Source of the DNA: Candidatus Latescibacterota bacterium
Lineage (GTDB): Bacteria; Latescibacterota; UBA2968
Length of the DNA stretch: 64,000 nucleotides
Assembly (NCBI GenBank): GCA_965205975.1
Contig: OZ242195.1
Coordinates: 3,424,001-3,488,000 of the forward strand
Direction of reading: 5' to 3'
Shown: positions 30,955-41,504 of the stretch, one piece after another
How positions within the stretch are numbered: position 1 is the stretch's first letter
Layout of the letters: each line of letters opens with the position of its first letter
The notes under the pieces: generated by a model
What the model saw: the letters and a program-made list of their open reading frames with translations, nothing else
Told to the model about the DNA's origin: nothing
Database searches by the model: none
Made by a program: the position numbers and the translations under genes

Positions 30955-32355
30955 CTACTTCACACTTCTATCTCCTTCCCGATACCGATCCAAAATCCCC
31001 AGCAACTCTTCTGCCACCTCCGACTTTTCCAAGAATAAATTATACTGCTCCTCTGGATCGGATACCATATCGTAAAGCTGCATCGGCGGTGCATCTTCTG
31101 GCACATCTGCTTCTTTCAAACTCCAGCCACCCGACCCACGACACGCCACCAGCTTCCACTCATCTTTGCGAATCGCAAACTCCCCGCTAATCGAATGATG
31201 CACCGTCGCCTCCCGAATCGTATCCTCCTGATCGCCCCGCATATACGGCAAAATATCATAACTATCCTCACCCGCATCCCCTGGCAACTCCACATCGCAA
31301 ATCCCGGCAACAGTCGCCAGCAAATCCGTCAAACACACCGTCTTATCACAACGCGACCCCGGCTCAATCACCCCCGACCACGAAGCAATAAACGGAATGC
31401 GATGCCCGCCATCCCACGCATCGGACTTCTGCCCCCGATAAATATAATTCCCCAGATGATCGTACTTCTCCTTCAACCCTATCGGCTCTTCGTGACAGCC
31501 ATTATCACTCGTCACAATAATCAGCGTATCATCTCCCAACCCATTGCGCTTAACCGCCGACAAAATCCGCCCAACGCTCCAATCGTGCTCCGTCACATAA
31601 TCCCCGTATTCCCCCGCCTGGCTTCGCCCTGCAAATCGCCCCCGTGCAAAATGCGGCGTATGCGGCGAAGGCGCTGGAAAATATAAAAAGAACGGCTTAT
31701 CCCCATTCTCCTTCGCGTGTTGATTGATAAACCCCTCGGCGCGAATCGTCAACTCCAGCAAACACGTATCATGCATAAACCCCGGCGCACAAGCACCCCC
31801 GCGCCAAAATTCTGGCCTCGGCGAATCCGCAGTCTCCTCAACAGGTTGCTCCACCACCACCCCATCCTCAATATAACAATACGGAGCCATATCCAGCGAC
31901 GCCGGAATAATAAACGAATAATCAAAACCCACCGTATGGGGTCCATCCGTCAACGGCGCAGAAAAATCCACCGTCTCCCCATTCGCCCGCTCCGCACCAT
32001 CACTCACCTGCCAGCCCAACCCCAAATGCCACTTACCCACACACGCCGTCGTATAACCCTCATCGCGCAACAGCGACGGCACAGTCATCCGCCCATCTTC
32101 AAGCAACGGCTCAGAATAACCATTCAAAACCCCGCGCTTCAACCGCGACCGCCAGCAATAGCGCCCCGTCATCACCCCATACCGCGTGGGCGTACACACC
32201 GCAGAATTGCTATGTGCATCCGTAAAAATCATCCCCTCAGACGCGAGTTGATCTGTATGCGGCGTAGAAATCTTCGAATCGAGATTCAAACAACTCACAT
32301 CTCCGTATCCCCAATCATCTGCCAACAGGTAGATAATATTTGGCTTGCGCATCAT
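30955..32355 (-). CDS. Arylsulfatase
   Basis: KPNIIYLLADDWGYGD, CTPTR (FGly motif), GKWHLG, TSDNG. Start reassigned behind AAGGGAG. Confidence 0.92.
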   Translation of the reverse strand: MMRKPNIIYLLADDWGYGDVSCLNLDSKISTPHTDQLASEGMIFTDAHSNSAVCTPTRYGVMTGRYCWRSRLKRGVLNGYSEPLLEDGRMTVPSLLRDEGYTTACVGKWHLGLGWQVSDGAERANGETVDFSAPLTDGPHTVGFDYSFIIPASLDMAPYCYIEDGVVVEQPVEETADSPRPEFWRGGACAPGFMHDTCLLELTIRAEGFINQHAKENGDKPFFLYFPAPSPHTPHFARGRFAGRSQAGEYGDYVTEHDWSVGRILSAVKRNGLGDDTLIIVTSDNGCHEEPIGLKEKYDHLGNYIYRGQKSDAWDGGHRIPFIASWSGVIEPGSRCDKTVCLTDLLATVAGICDVELPGDAGEDSYDILPYMRGDQEDTIREATVHHSISGEFAIRKDEWKLVACRGSGGWSLKEADVPEDAPPMQLYDMVSDPEEQYNLFLEKSEVAEELLGILDRYREGDRSVK

Positions 32356-32395
32356 ACAAACTCCCTTCATAATAAAGTTCGCCTCTTTCCTAACC

Positions 32396-32564
32396 TTATA
32401 ACTAATGTTACGCATAGGCCATAATATAATGGGCCTGTCATTTTGAGCGGAGCGCAGCGAAGTCGAAAAATCTATTACCAACGCAGGTGGAACAGATGCT
32501 TCGGCTCCGTTCCACTTCGCTCAGCATGACAAAAACGCCTGACATGCGTAACATCAGCTTATAA
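32396..32564. mobile_element. Nested palindromic MITE-like element
   Basis: Outer inverted repeats TTATAACTAATGTTACGCAT / ATGCGTAACATCAGCTTATAA; inner TGTCATTTTGAGCG...CGCTCAGCATGACA palindrome. Confidence 0.7.
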
Positions 32565-32581
32565 ATAAACTCAGAGGTCCC

Positions 32582-33619
32582 ATGACACAACCCCATTTTC
32601 TCCAAACACTCCAGCGCTCCAAATCCAACCCCCTCTTAACCATTGACGACATCACCTGGGACTACAAAAAAAAGCGATCCATCATGTTTCCCAGCGTCAT
32701 TGATATGCACGACAAACTGGACAACCCCATTGATCGCTACTACATGTATCTCGCCTCACACGGCGGCAGAGAAATCGGCTTTGCAACCGCGCCAACGCTC
32801 GAAGGCCCCTGGACAATGCAAAAAGAAGCCGTCCTCCACATCGACAATTGCCCCGCCGTCAAGGGTCACCTCAGCTCGCCCGAAATCATTTATTACAACA
32901 ACCGCTTCATCCTCTACTACCACGGCGGCTGTCCGCCAGAAGTCCTCGAAGAACAAAACCGCCGAATGCCCACCCACTACTATCAACGCATCCAGAACTC
33001 AGGCGCAGCCACCTCAACCGACGGCATCCACTTCGACATACACCCCGACCCCCTCCTCCTCCCCATCACCACACCCGATCACTGGCGTGCGGCCACCAAC
33101 ATGTATCTGCGCGTCGTGCCCACAGAAAACGGATGCCACGGCTTCTTCATGACCATGAGCCGAGAAGAAGCGGATTACAATGGTGAAACCAAAAAACTTC
33201 CCAAAGAACAACGGAGAGGTCGCCCCCATCCCACAAGCATCGGCCATGCCTATTCACCCGACGGATTAAACTGGACCCTCGACGAAACCGGTGCCATCCT
33301 CACCGCCGAAGAAATATATGGGGAACACCAGCGCATTCGCCATATTGGATGCACGCTCATCGACGACACACACATCCTGGCGACCTATTCTTGCTTTGCC
33401 AACATCAATGCAACCTGTGAAAGCATCTTCGCTGCCACATTACAAATCAATGGCCAGGCGGTACGCCTTGTTCAAAAACACGGTACAATCTTAACACCTC
33501 AAGGGGAATGGGAAAAGCGAAATGTGCGCGACCCCTTTCCCATATTTCACGATAAAAAACTCTATCTCTATTACGCCGGTGGCGGAGAAAAAGGCATTGG
33601 ACTGGCTATCAGCGCGTAA
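32582..33619 (+). CDS. Five-bladed beta-propeller glycosidase-like protein (GH32/43/130-like fold)
   Basis: YYMYLASH..IGFATAPTLEGPW, HLSSPEI, STDGIHF, SPDGLNW, RDPF. Confidence 0.6.
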   Translation: MTQPHFLQTLQRSKSNPLLTIDDITWDYKKKRSIMFPSVIDMHDKLDNPIDRYYMYLASHGGREIGFATAPTLEGPWTMQKEAVLHIDNCPAVKGHLSSPEIIYYNNRFILYYHGGCPPEVLEEQNRRMPTHYYQRIQNSGAATSTDGIHFDIHPDPLLLPITTPDHWRAATNMYLRVVPTENGCHGFFMTMSREEADYNGETKKLPKEQRRGRPHPTSIGHAYSPDGLNWTLDETGAILTAEEIYGEHQRIRHIGCTLIDDTHILATYSCFANINATCESIFAATLQINGQAVRLVQKHGTILTPQGEWEKRNVRDPFPIFHDKKLYLYYAGGGEKGIGLAISA

Positions 33620-33670
33620 TTGAACGCAAAAACATCATTTCTTTTATTGATTGTATAACACGAGGTATTC

Positions 33671-35115
33671 ATGCCCAACAAACCAAACATCCTCTGGATC
33701 TGCACCGACCAGCAGCGCTTTGACACCCTCGGCTGTTATGGCAACCCATTCGTACACACCCCCAACCTGGACCGCCTTGCCGAACAAAGCATCCTCTTTG
33801 AAACCGCCTTCTCGCAAAGCCCCGTCTGTACGCCCAGCCGATCCAGCTTCCTCACCGGACGCTACCCGCGCACCACGCGCTGCCGACAAAACGGCCAATC
33901 CATACCCGGCGACGAAATCCCCGTCACCAAACTACTTCACGACGCCGGATACGTATGTGGCCTATCGGGCAAACTCCACATCTCGGTCTGCAATCCCAGC
34001 GCGTGCCACGGCACAGAACGCCGCATAGACGACGGCTATGACCAGTTCTTCTGGTCGCACGACCCCGCCCCCAGATGGCCCACCAATGACTATCACCAGT
34101 GGTTGCGCGACAAGGGCCTGAAGCGCGATGTCCAGCCCTTCCCGATTCTCGATACGTACAGACACTCCCCTCGGAAGAACACAGCCAGACCACCTATTGC
34201 ATCCAGCGCGCCATCACCTTCATCCGCCGATGCGCTGAAGAAAACATGCCCTGGACCTTCTCCCTCAACCCATTTGATCCACATCACGCCTTTGATCCCC
34301 CGCGCGAAGACCTCGAACGCTACCGCGATATAATCGACGACATACCCCTGCCCAACTACGTCCAGGGAGAACTCGACGACAAACCCGTCTGGCAACGCAT
34401 CGATCACAGCGGCTCCTACGGCGGCAAAGGCATGTATGCCTACGATCAAATGACCGACACCGATCACCGCTGGGTCACCGCGGCGTATTGGGCCATGGTC
34501 GATGTCATCGACCGGCAGATCGGCCACCTGCTCGACTGCCTCGAAGAAACCGGACAGCGCGACAACACCTATATCATCTTCACCTCTGACCACGGCGAAA
34601 TGCTCGGCGACCACGGCATCTACCTCAAAGGTCCCTTCTTCTACGAACCCGCTGTACGCGTCCCCCTCCTCATCTCAGGACCCGGCCTTCGCAACGATGG
34701 CTCGCGATCTTATGCACTCGTCGAACTCGTTGACCTTGCACCCACCATCCTCGAATGGGTCGGCCTCGACCGCCATCCCGCCATGCAGGGCCGCACCCTC
34801 CAACCGCTCCTGAAAGGCGACGCGCCCCTCGACCAGCACCGCGACGACATCTACTGCGAATATTACAACGCCATGCAGGGCCACAAAAATCCGCCAGCCC
34901 ATGCCACCATGGTCCGCACCGACCGCTACAAACTCGTCGCCGCACACGGCACTGGCGGAGGCGAAGTCTATGACCTCGAAACCGACCCCACTGAAACGCA
35001 CAACCAGTGGAACAATCTCGACTACACCACCGTAAGACTCGACCTCATGACCCGCCTTGCCGACCGCATGGCCTGGACCGTCGATCCCCTGCCCCCGAGA
35101 GAAGCGGGATTTTAA
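33671..35115 (+). pseudogene. Sulfatase split by a single frameshift near 34140
   Basis: The N-terminal part has KPNILWICTDQQR and CTPSR; the C-terminal part has FDPHH, TSDHGEMLGDHG and YDLETDP. The frame switches at CCCTTCCCGATT. Confidence 0.8.
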
Positions 35116-35128
35116 TAAGGAGCATTTC

Positions 35129-36913
35129 ATGCCCGAAACGCAGCCGCGCCCCGAACATCCCCGTCCGCAATTTCAGCGCACCACATGGTTGAACCTCAAC
35201 GGCATCTGGAACTTCGCCATTGACTCTGGAAAATCCGGCGAAGCCAAAGGCTGGCCCCAAAATCCCGCTGATTTAGACCGCGCCATCACCGTCCCCTTCT
35301 GCCCGGAATCCAGCCTCTCGGGCATACAACACACGGACTTCATGCCCTCGGTCTGGTATCACCGAACCCTCGACATCCCCGACGAATGGACGGACAAGCG
35401 CGTACTCCTGCACTTCGGCGCGGTCGATTACCACTGCAAAGCCTGGGTCAACGGTCGGCTCATCGGACAGCATTACGGCGGCAGTTCATCCTTCACTTAT
35501 GACATCACAGACGCACTCACGTCTGGCGCGAACCACCTCGTCGTCTGTGCCAATGACGACACGCGCTCTGGCGACCAGCCATCGGGCAAACAATGCCCCG
35601 ACCTCTATTCCCGCGGCTGCCACTACACGCGCGTCACGGGAATATGGCAAACCGTCTGGCTCGAAGCCGTACCCGAATCGCGCATCGAAACTGTACGCAT
35701 CGTACCCGACCTCGACAGCAGCCGCTTTATACTCACCCCCACATTCAAAAACGCGCATCGCGGGCACACCTTTCGCGCTGTCCTCCTCAACGGCAAAGAA
35801 GAAGTCGCGATCTCCACCATGCCCGCCACGAGCGGCGCTGCCATGTCCTTGCGCATCAAAAACCCACAACCCTGGTCGCCCGCCAACCCCCATCTCTACG
35901 ACCTCCGCTTCGAACTCTGCGATGGCGACACCACCATCGACACCGTCAACAGCTATGCCGGCCTGCGAAAATTTCACATCGAAGGCCACAAATTCTACCT
36001 CAACAACACCCCCATCTTCCTGCGCCTTGTACTGGACCAGGGATTCTATCCCGACGGAATATGGACCGCCCCATCCGACGAAATGCTCAAAAGCGACATC
36101 GAAAAATCGCTCGCTGTCGGCTTCAACGGCGCGCGCCTCCACCAAAAAGTCTTTGAAGAACGCTTTCACTACTGGGCTGACAAACTCGGCTATCTCACCT
36201 GGGGCGAATACTGCGACTGGGGCATGAACTTCGGCTCACCCCAATCCATACACAACCAACAGCGCGAATGGAGAGAAATCGTCCTGCGCGACCTCAACCA
36301 CCCCTCCATCCTCGCGTGGACCCCATACAACGAAACCCGAGGCGGCGCAACCAACCACTTTGAAGCACACCGCCGTGCCGTACAGGAAACCTACGACCTC
36401 ACCAGAGCACTCGACCCTTCTCGCCCCTGCCACGACACCAGCGGCTACGTACACGTCTGCACGGACATCTACACCGTACACGACTACGAACAGGACCCCG
36501 TCAAATTCAAAGCAACTTATGCACCCGTATCCCCCGACGACTGGAAAAACACCCCCATCCGCTTTCCCGAACTGAATGTGCCCTATCAGGGCCAACCCTA
36601 TGTCGTCGATGAATACGGCGGCACATGGTGGGACCCCAATGCCGTCGAAACAGAACAGGCCGCAGACCGCAAAAGCAGCTGGGGCTATGGCAAACGCCCC
36701 ACCGACATCGAAGAAGTGTATCACCGCATCGAAAAACTCACAGCCATACTCCTCAACCACCCCAACATCGCGGGGTATTGCTACACGCAACTCACCGACA
36801 TCGAACAAGAACAAAACGGCATCTACACCTACGACCGCCAGGAAAAATTCGACGCAAAACGCCTGAAAAAATACTTCGGCGCCCCCGCGGCGATTGAACG
36901 AATAGACGAATAG
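35129..36913 (+). CDS. Glycoside hydrolase family 2 (beta-galactosidase/beta-glucuronidase-like)
   Basis: PRPEHPRPQF, LHFGAVDY, GIWQTVWLE, LVLDQG, NHPSI..W..YNE, EYGG, YTQLTDIEQEQNG. Confidence 0.92.
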   Translation: MPETQPRPEHPRPQFQRTTWLNLNGIWNFAIDSGKSGEAKGWPQNPADLDRAITVPFCPESSLSGIQHTDFMPSVWYHRTLDIPDEWTDKRVLLHFGAVDYHCKAWVNGRLIGQHYGGSSSFTYDITDALTSGANHLVVCANDDTRSGDQPSGKQCPDLYSRGCHYTRVTGIWQTVWLEAVPESRIETVRIVPDLDSSRFILTPTFKNAHRGHTFRAVLLNGKEEVAISTMPATSGAAMSLRIKNPQPWSPANPHLYDLRFELCDGDTTIDTVNSYAGLRKFHIEGHKFYLNNTPIFLRLVLDQGFYPDGIWTAPSDEMLKSDIEKSLAVGFNGARLHQKVFEERFHYWADKLGYLTWGEYCDWGMNFGSPQSIHNQQREWREIVLRDLNHPSILAWTPYNETRGGATNHFEAHRRAVQETYDLTRALDPSRPCHDTSGYVHVCTDIYTVHDYEQDPVKFKATYAPVSPDDWKNTPIRFPELNVPYQGQPYVVDEYGGTWWDPNAVETEQAADRKSSWGYGKRPTDIEEVYHRIEKLTAILLNHPNIAGYCYTQLTDIEQEQNGIYTYDRQEKFDAKRLKKYFGAPAAIERIDE

Positions 36914-36997
36914 ACGAATAGACGAACCCCGCCCCACCACCCAAAGTCAGTGCTAATCCCGATTCGCTGATTCGTAGATTCGTAGATTCGCGCTTTT
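36898..36997 (+). repeat. Bipartite tandem-octamer element with conserved core, copy 2
   Basis: (GAATAGAC)x3 GAACCCCGCCCCACCACCCAAAGTCAGTGC ... (GATTCGYW)x3-4. Confidence 0.8.
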
Positions 36998-37009
36998 ACA
37001 GGAGACCCC

Positions 37010-38929
37010 ATGGACCCCCGATGGCAAAACCTCTCGCACACCAACACTGAATTTACGCCCGCAACATATCCCGACCGCGAAACCTGGGAACGAGAAAAGG
37101 CGAGACTCAAAAAGCAAATCCTCTTTGCCGCTGGCCTCTGGCCAATGCCCGAAAAACCCCCGCTCGACATCCACATCTACGACCGCATTGAACGAGACGG
37201 GTACACCATCGAAAAAGCCTACTTCCAGAGCTTGCCCAACTTCTACGTGGGCGGCAGCCTCTTTCGCCCCCTCAACCCACAACCCAAAAGCCACCCCGGC
37301 ATCTTAAGCCCACACGGACATGCACAACTGGGCCGCCTGCAACACGGGGACACATCTTACCCGGGCCGGGGCATCACCTTTGCCCGAATGGGTTGCACGG
37401 CCTTCATGTGGGACATGGTCGATTACAACGACAGCGCCCGACACCTCTCCGGCGCATACCAGGAAGAAACCTACAGTGTTGTACACCGCGCACCCTGGCC
37501 CCACAGACAGGACGACCGCATGCTCTGGAACATCGGCATCCTGGGCTTTCAACTCTGGAATAGCATCCGCGCACTCGACTTCCTCTGCGAACTCCCCGAA
37601 GTCGATACCAACCGCCTGGGCTGCACGGGCGAATCGGGCGGAGGCACCCAAACCTATAACCTCTATGCCGTTGACGACCGCCTGCACGTCGCCGCACCCG
37701 TCTGCATGGTTTCCGCCTACATGCAAGGCGGTTGTGTCTGTGAAAACGCCCCTCTGTTGCGCATCGACACCAACAACGTCGATATCGGCGCCACCTTCGC
37801 ACCCAAACCCCTCATTCTCGTCAGCTCTTCACAGGACTGGACACAACACACACCCGACGTCGAATACCCCGCCATCAAACGCATATACGACCTCTACGAC
37901 GCCGACGACCGCATCTCTCAAATCCAGATAGACGCGCCCCACGGCTACAATCTCGAAATGCGCGAAGCCGTGTACCGCTGGTTCGCCCGCTGGCTCGACC
38001 TGCCCTTTGGCGACGACTTCAGCGAACCCCCCTTTGAAGTTGAAGAACACAAAAACATGCTCGCCTTTTTCGATGGCCTGCCCGACGGCGCAATCACCCA
38101 ACACGAAGACCTCATCCGCCAGTGCATCGCCGCATCCAAAACAGCGCTGGAAACCTATCGCCCAAACACCCCCGACGCACTCGCCACAAATCGCCGCATC
38201 CTGGGCGAAGCACTGCGTATAACTGTCGGCTACGACCATAGCACCGTCACATATCAACACAACACGAAAGAAAACGGAACACTCATCGGCAACCGCCGCA
38301 ATGTGCGCGTCCCCATCCGCACCTTCACACCTGAATCCCCGTCCGACACATCCACCCTCTTAATCCACCCGCACGGCATGAACGCCCTGTACTCCCCCAT
38401 CATCCACGCCCTCCTCGACAAAAATCACACTGTCTATGCCATAGATCCCTTTGGCACGGGCCAAAACACCGGCCAGGAAAACCCCGAAGAACCGCGCGGA
38501 GGCGAGAACTTCTTCAACACCTTTAATCGCACCGACGACGCCGAACGCATATACGACATCGCACTCGCATTGCGCCACATACCCAGTGGCCCGGCAAACA
38601 TCGTCGGCTTTGGCAATGCCGGACTCTGGGCCATAATCGCAGGTGCAATCACAGAACGTACCAACCTGCAAATCGCATCCGACATCAACGCATTCAACAC
38701 CGCAACCGAGAACGATTACCTCAAACACCTGCCCATCCCCGGCATACTCAAAGCGGGTGGCTTGCCCAACGCCGCCGCGCTCATCACCCCAAATAACTTG
38801 CTCTTACACAACACGGGCGATACCTTTGACACCTCATGGGCAGAAGCGGCCTACGCGCTTCATCCCAAAGCGACCCTGACAGTAAAAAATGACCTTGCAA
38901 AAAACGATGACCTGATCGATTTCTTATAA
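37010..38929 (+). CDS. Alpha/beta hydrolase, acetylxylan esterase-like
   Basis: LSPHGH, nucleophile elbow TGESGGGTQT, MQGGCVCEN, HGYN. Confidence 0.8.
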   Translation: MDPRWQNLSHTNTEFTPATYPDRETWEREKARLKKQILFAAGLWPMPEKPPLDIHIYDRIERDGYTIEKAYFQSLPNFYVGGSLFRPLNPQPKSHPGILSPHGHAQLGRLQHGDTSYPGRGITFARMGCTAFMWDMVDYNDSARHLSGAYQEETYSVVHRAPWPHRQDDRMLWNIGILGFQLWNSIRALDFLCELPEVDTNRLGCTGESGGGTQTYNLYAVDDRLHVAAPVCMVSAYMQGGCVCENAPLLRIDTNNVDIGATFAPKPLILVSSSQDWTQHTPDVEYPAIKRIYDLYDADDRISQIQIDAPHGYNLEMREAVYRWFARWLDLPFGDDFSEPPFEVEEHKNMLAFFDGLPDGAITQHEDLIRQCIAASKTALETYRPNTPDALATNRRILGEALRITVGYDHSTVTYQHNTKENGTLIGNRRNVRVPIRTFTPESPSDTSTLLIHPHGMNALYSPIIHALLDKNHTVYAIDPFGTGQNTGQENPEEPRGGENFFNTFNRTDDAERIYDIALALRHIPSGPANIVGFGNAGLWAIIAGAITERTNLQIASDINAFNTATENDYLKHLPIPGILKAGGLPNAAALITPNNLLLHNTGDTFDTSWAEAAYALHPKATLTVKNDLAKNDDLIDFL

Positions 38930-38939
38930 AAAAAACCTT

Positions 38940-38994
38940 CTGGATTACTGGCGTTGTGCCTTCGGCGTGGCGGCTGACACCATACCGCGATGAC
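38940..38994. repeat. Divergent member of the CTGGAT...CCGCGATGAC repeat family
   Basis: Shares the preceding AAAACCTTCTGGAT and the CCGCGATGAC end. Confidence 0.5.
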
Positions 38995-39045
38995 GGCTTT
39001 ATAACACCTGAAAGCTGACCGCTGAACACAAACAGGAAAACAACC

Positions 39046-40281
39046 ATGAACGACCAGATGCAACACGCCCGCGACATTGCACTCGGCATCCTCAAACCGT
39101 CACAGCGCGACCTGGAACACGGCCTGGAACTTCACGAACACGCCCTCGTCATCGAATCCTACGGCCTGGGCCTGCGCTCACCCGTCGATCCCGACCCCGT
39201 CAACGCAGCCATAGCAGCAGGCGCGTCTGACCGCGAACTGCAAGACCTCACCGAAGACATGGGCATGACCCGCTGGGCACTCACACCCGAACTCCGACGA
39301 GAATACCGGGAAATCTGGCGTGCCTCTGGCGTCACCTGCACCTTTCAAAACGCAGGCGAAGAATGCAACGACCCCCTGCGCCTCATCAAACGCCTTGCTC
39401 GACACACGTACAACACCGACGCCATGCCCGACTTCCTCCAGCGCGCCACCACGCCCAACGACATCGTTGCAGCGCACAAAGCGGGCAAACGCTGCACCTA
39501 TCTCACCTGCAACGGCATCCCACTCGCCGGCGACCAGACCAACCCCGAAGAAGAACTGCGCTACATCCGCGTCTTTGCACAACTCGGCGCACGCATGATG
39601 CACCTCACGTACAACCGCCGCAACCCCATCGGAGACGGCTGTGGCGAACCCAACGACGCGGGCTTGAGCGACTTTGGACACGCCACAGTTGCCGAAATGA
39701 ACCGCCTCGGCATCATCATAGACATCTCCCACACCGGCTGGCAAACCTGCCTCGACGCGGCAAAAGCATCCGCACAACCCGTCGTCGTCAGCCACTCCGT
39801 CGCCTGCACCCTCAACGAACACATCCGAAGCAAACCCGACAACATCATCCGCGCGGTACTCGACACCGGGGGCACCATGGGCATCACCAATGTACCCGCA
39901 TTCCTCGGCGGCAGCGGCGACATCAGTGCCTTCCTCGACCACATCGACTACGTCGTCAAAACCTTTGGCACCGACGCCGTCACCATCGGCACGGACCGAG
40001 GCTACCCCTCTCAATACATCGCCGAAGCCAACCGCAAACTCAACCCCCGTCCCAGACAGCGCAACCGCTGGGAAGCACTCTGGCCACCAAGAGACCCGCT
40101 CCATTCCTCCGAATGGCGACAACCCCACCAGGAACAGAGCCTCACCTGGACCAACTGGCCCCTCTTCACCGTCGGCCTTGTGCAACGGGGCTATAGCGAC
40201 GACGACATCGCAAAAATCATCGGCGGCAACATCCTTCGCGTAGCACGAGACGTATGGAAAAACTCAGCTTACGCGGTCTAA
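39046..40281 (+). CDS. Membrane dipeptidase (peptidase M19 family)
   Basis: HLTYNRRN, GLSDFG...EMNRLGIIIDISH, VVSHS, IGTD, KIIGGNILRV. Confidence 0.88.
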   Translation: MNDQMQHARDIALGILKPSQRDLEHGLELHEHALVIESYGLGLRSPVDPDPVNAAIAAGASDRELQDLTEDMGMTRWALTPELRREYREIWRASGVTCTFQNAGEECNDPLRLIKRLARHTYNTDAMPDFLQRATTPNDIVAAHKAGKRCTYLTCNGIPLAGDQTNPEEELRYIRVFAQLGARMMHLTYNRRNPIGDGCGEPNDAGLSDFGHATVAEMNRLGIIIDISHTGWQTCLDAAKASAQPVVVSHSVACTLNEHIRSKPDNIIRAVLDTGGTMGITNVPAFLGGSGDISAFLDHIDYVVKTFGTDAVTIGTDRGYPSQYIAEANRKLNPRPRQRNRWEALWPPRDPLHSSEWRQPHQEQSLTWTNWPLFTVGLVQRGYSDDDIAKIIGGNILRVARDVWKNSAYAV

Positions 40282-40303
40282 TAAATAAAAAGGGAGGAAA
40301 ATC

Positions 40304-41431
40304 ATGAGCAAAGCGCGTCAAATCTACGAAGACCTGGGCGTTGTGCCTGTAATCAACGCATCGGGATATCAAACCGTCATCGGCGGGTCGCGTGTGGGCA
40401 CAGAAGTGCAAGCCGCAATGGACATAGCGAATCGCTACTTTGCGGACATGGAAGAATTGCTTAAAAAAACCGGCGCACTCATCGCCGACACCCTCGGCGC
40501 AGAAGCGGCAATGGTCACACCCGGATGCGCGGCAGCATTAGCCCTCAGTTCAGCCGCCTGCATGTCGGGCAGCGACCCCGAAAAAATGGAACAATTGCCC
40601 GATACAACAGGCATGAAACATCACATTTTGATACAAAAAAAACAGCGCTATCACTACGACCCGGTACTAACTGTTTTCGGCGCCAAACTCATCGAAGTAG
40701 GCGATGAAAACGGAACAACCGAAGCCCAACTCGAAGCCGCCATATCAGACCAGACCGCAGCCATCCACTATTTCGCCCCCGGAGGCCAGGCAGACGTCTT
40801 ATCACCCGAAGACGTCGTCCGCATCGCCCACGCCAACGGAATCCCCGTCATCGTCGATGCAGCCAGCCAGGTCTATCCCCTCGAAACCATGCTAAAATAT
40901 CCCGACATGGGTGCAGATCTGATCGGCTACGGCGCCAAATACATAGGCTCGTGTCACTCCACAGGCATCTTGTGCGGACGCAAAGACCTGATCGACGCCG
41001 CCTTTCTCCACTCCTTCATCGGTTATGAAACCAGCCCCTACGATACCATAGGCCGCCCGCTCAAAGTGGATCGACAAGAAGTCATCGCCGTCGTCGTTGC
41101 CCTGCGCGAATGGTTCAGCATGGACCACGAAGCGCGCCTATCCGGCTACAAACGCAAAGCCGAAGCGCTACTCTCAAACCTGAAGGACATCCCCCACATC
41201 ACAGCCAAATTCTCGGCAGACGCGCGCAGCCTGAGCAATGGCGTACACATCACAGTTGATGAAACCGCATTGGGCAAAACCGCGGTGCAAATAATCGAAG
41301 AACTTCGACAGGGCAACCCATCCGTATGGACACGCGGCAGCGCAAACACCTTTCGCGTCGCCGTAACCAATTTCATCGAAGACGACCAGGAAATCGTCAC
41401 CGCACGCCTGCGCGAAGTATTGACTAAATAA
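40304..41431 (+). CDS. SelA-like PLP-dependent enzyme (DgaE-related)
   Basis: VINASG, VIVDAAS, GADL..YGAK, IGRPLKVDRQEV; 375 aa, lacks the SelA N-terminal domain. Confidence 0.75.
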   Translation: MSKARQIYEDLGVVPVINASGYQTVIGGSRVGTEVQAAMDIANRYFADMEELLKKTGALIADTLGAEAAMVTPGCAAALALSSAACMSGSDPEKMEQLPDTTGMKHHILIQKKQRYHYDPVLTVFGAKLIEVGDENGTTEAQLEAAISDQTAAIHYFAPGGQADVLSPEDVVRIAHANGIPVIVDAASQVYPLETMLKYPDMGADLIGYGAKYIGSCHSTGILCGRKDLIDAAFLHSFIGYETSPYDTIGRPLKVDRQEVIAVVVALREWFSMDHEARLSGYKRKAEALLSNLKDIPHITAKFSADARSLSNGVHITVDETALGKTAVQIIEELRQGNPSVWTRGSANTFRVAVTNFIEDDQEIVTARLREVLTK

Positions 41432-41454
41432 CTCGCCACACACATTCCCAACAC

Positions 41455-41488
41455 AAAAAACGCCATCAGCTATTTGCCGATGGCGTTT
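41455..41488 (-). terminator. Rho-independent terminator, duplicated at 47037-47071
   Basis: AAAAAACGCCATCAGCTATTTGCCGATGGCGTTT. Confidence 0.8.
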
Positions 41489-41504
41489 GTGCTCATAACC
41501 TCTC

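Noticed and set aside
32356..32481. N-terminal extension of the arylsulfatase ORF
   Set aside because: It runs through a palindromic repeat element; the RBS and KPNII motif place the start at 32355/32352.
40304..41431. Bona fide selenocysteine synthase SelA completing the sel locus
   Set aside because: Too short, lacks the SelA N-terminal domain, and sits in a catabolic operon 38 kb from selC/selD; fits the SelA-like/DgaE group better.
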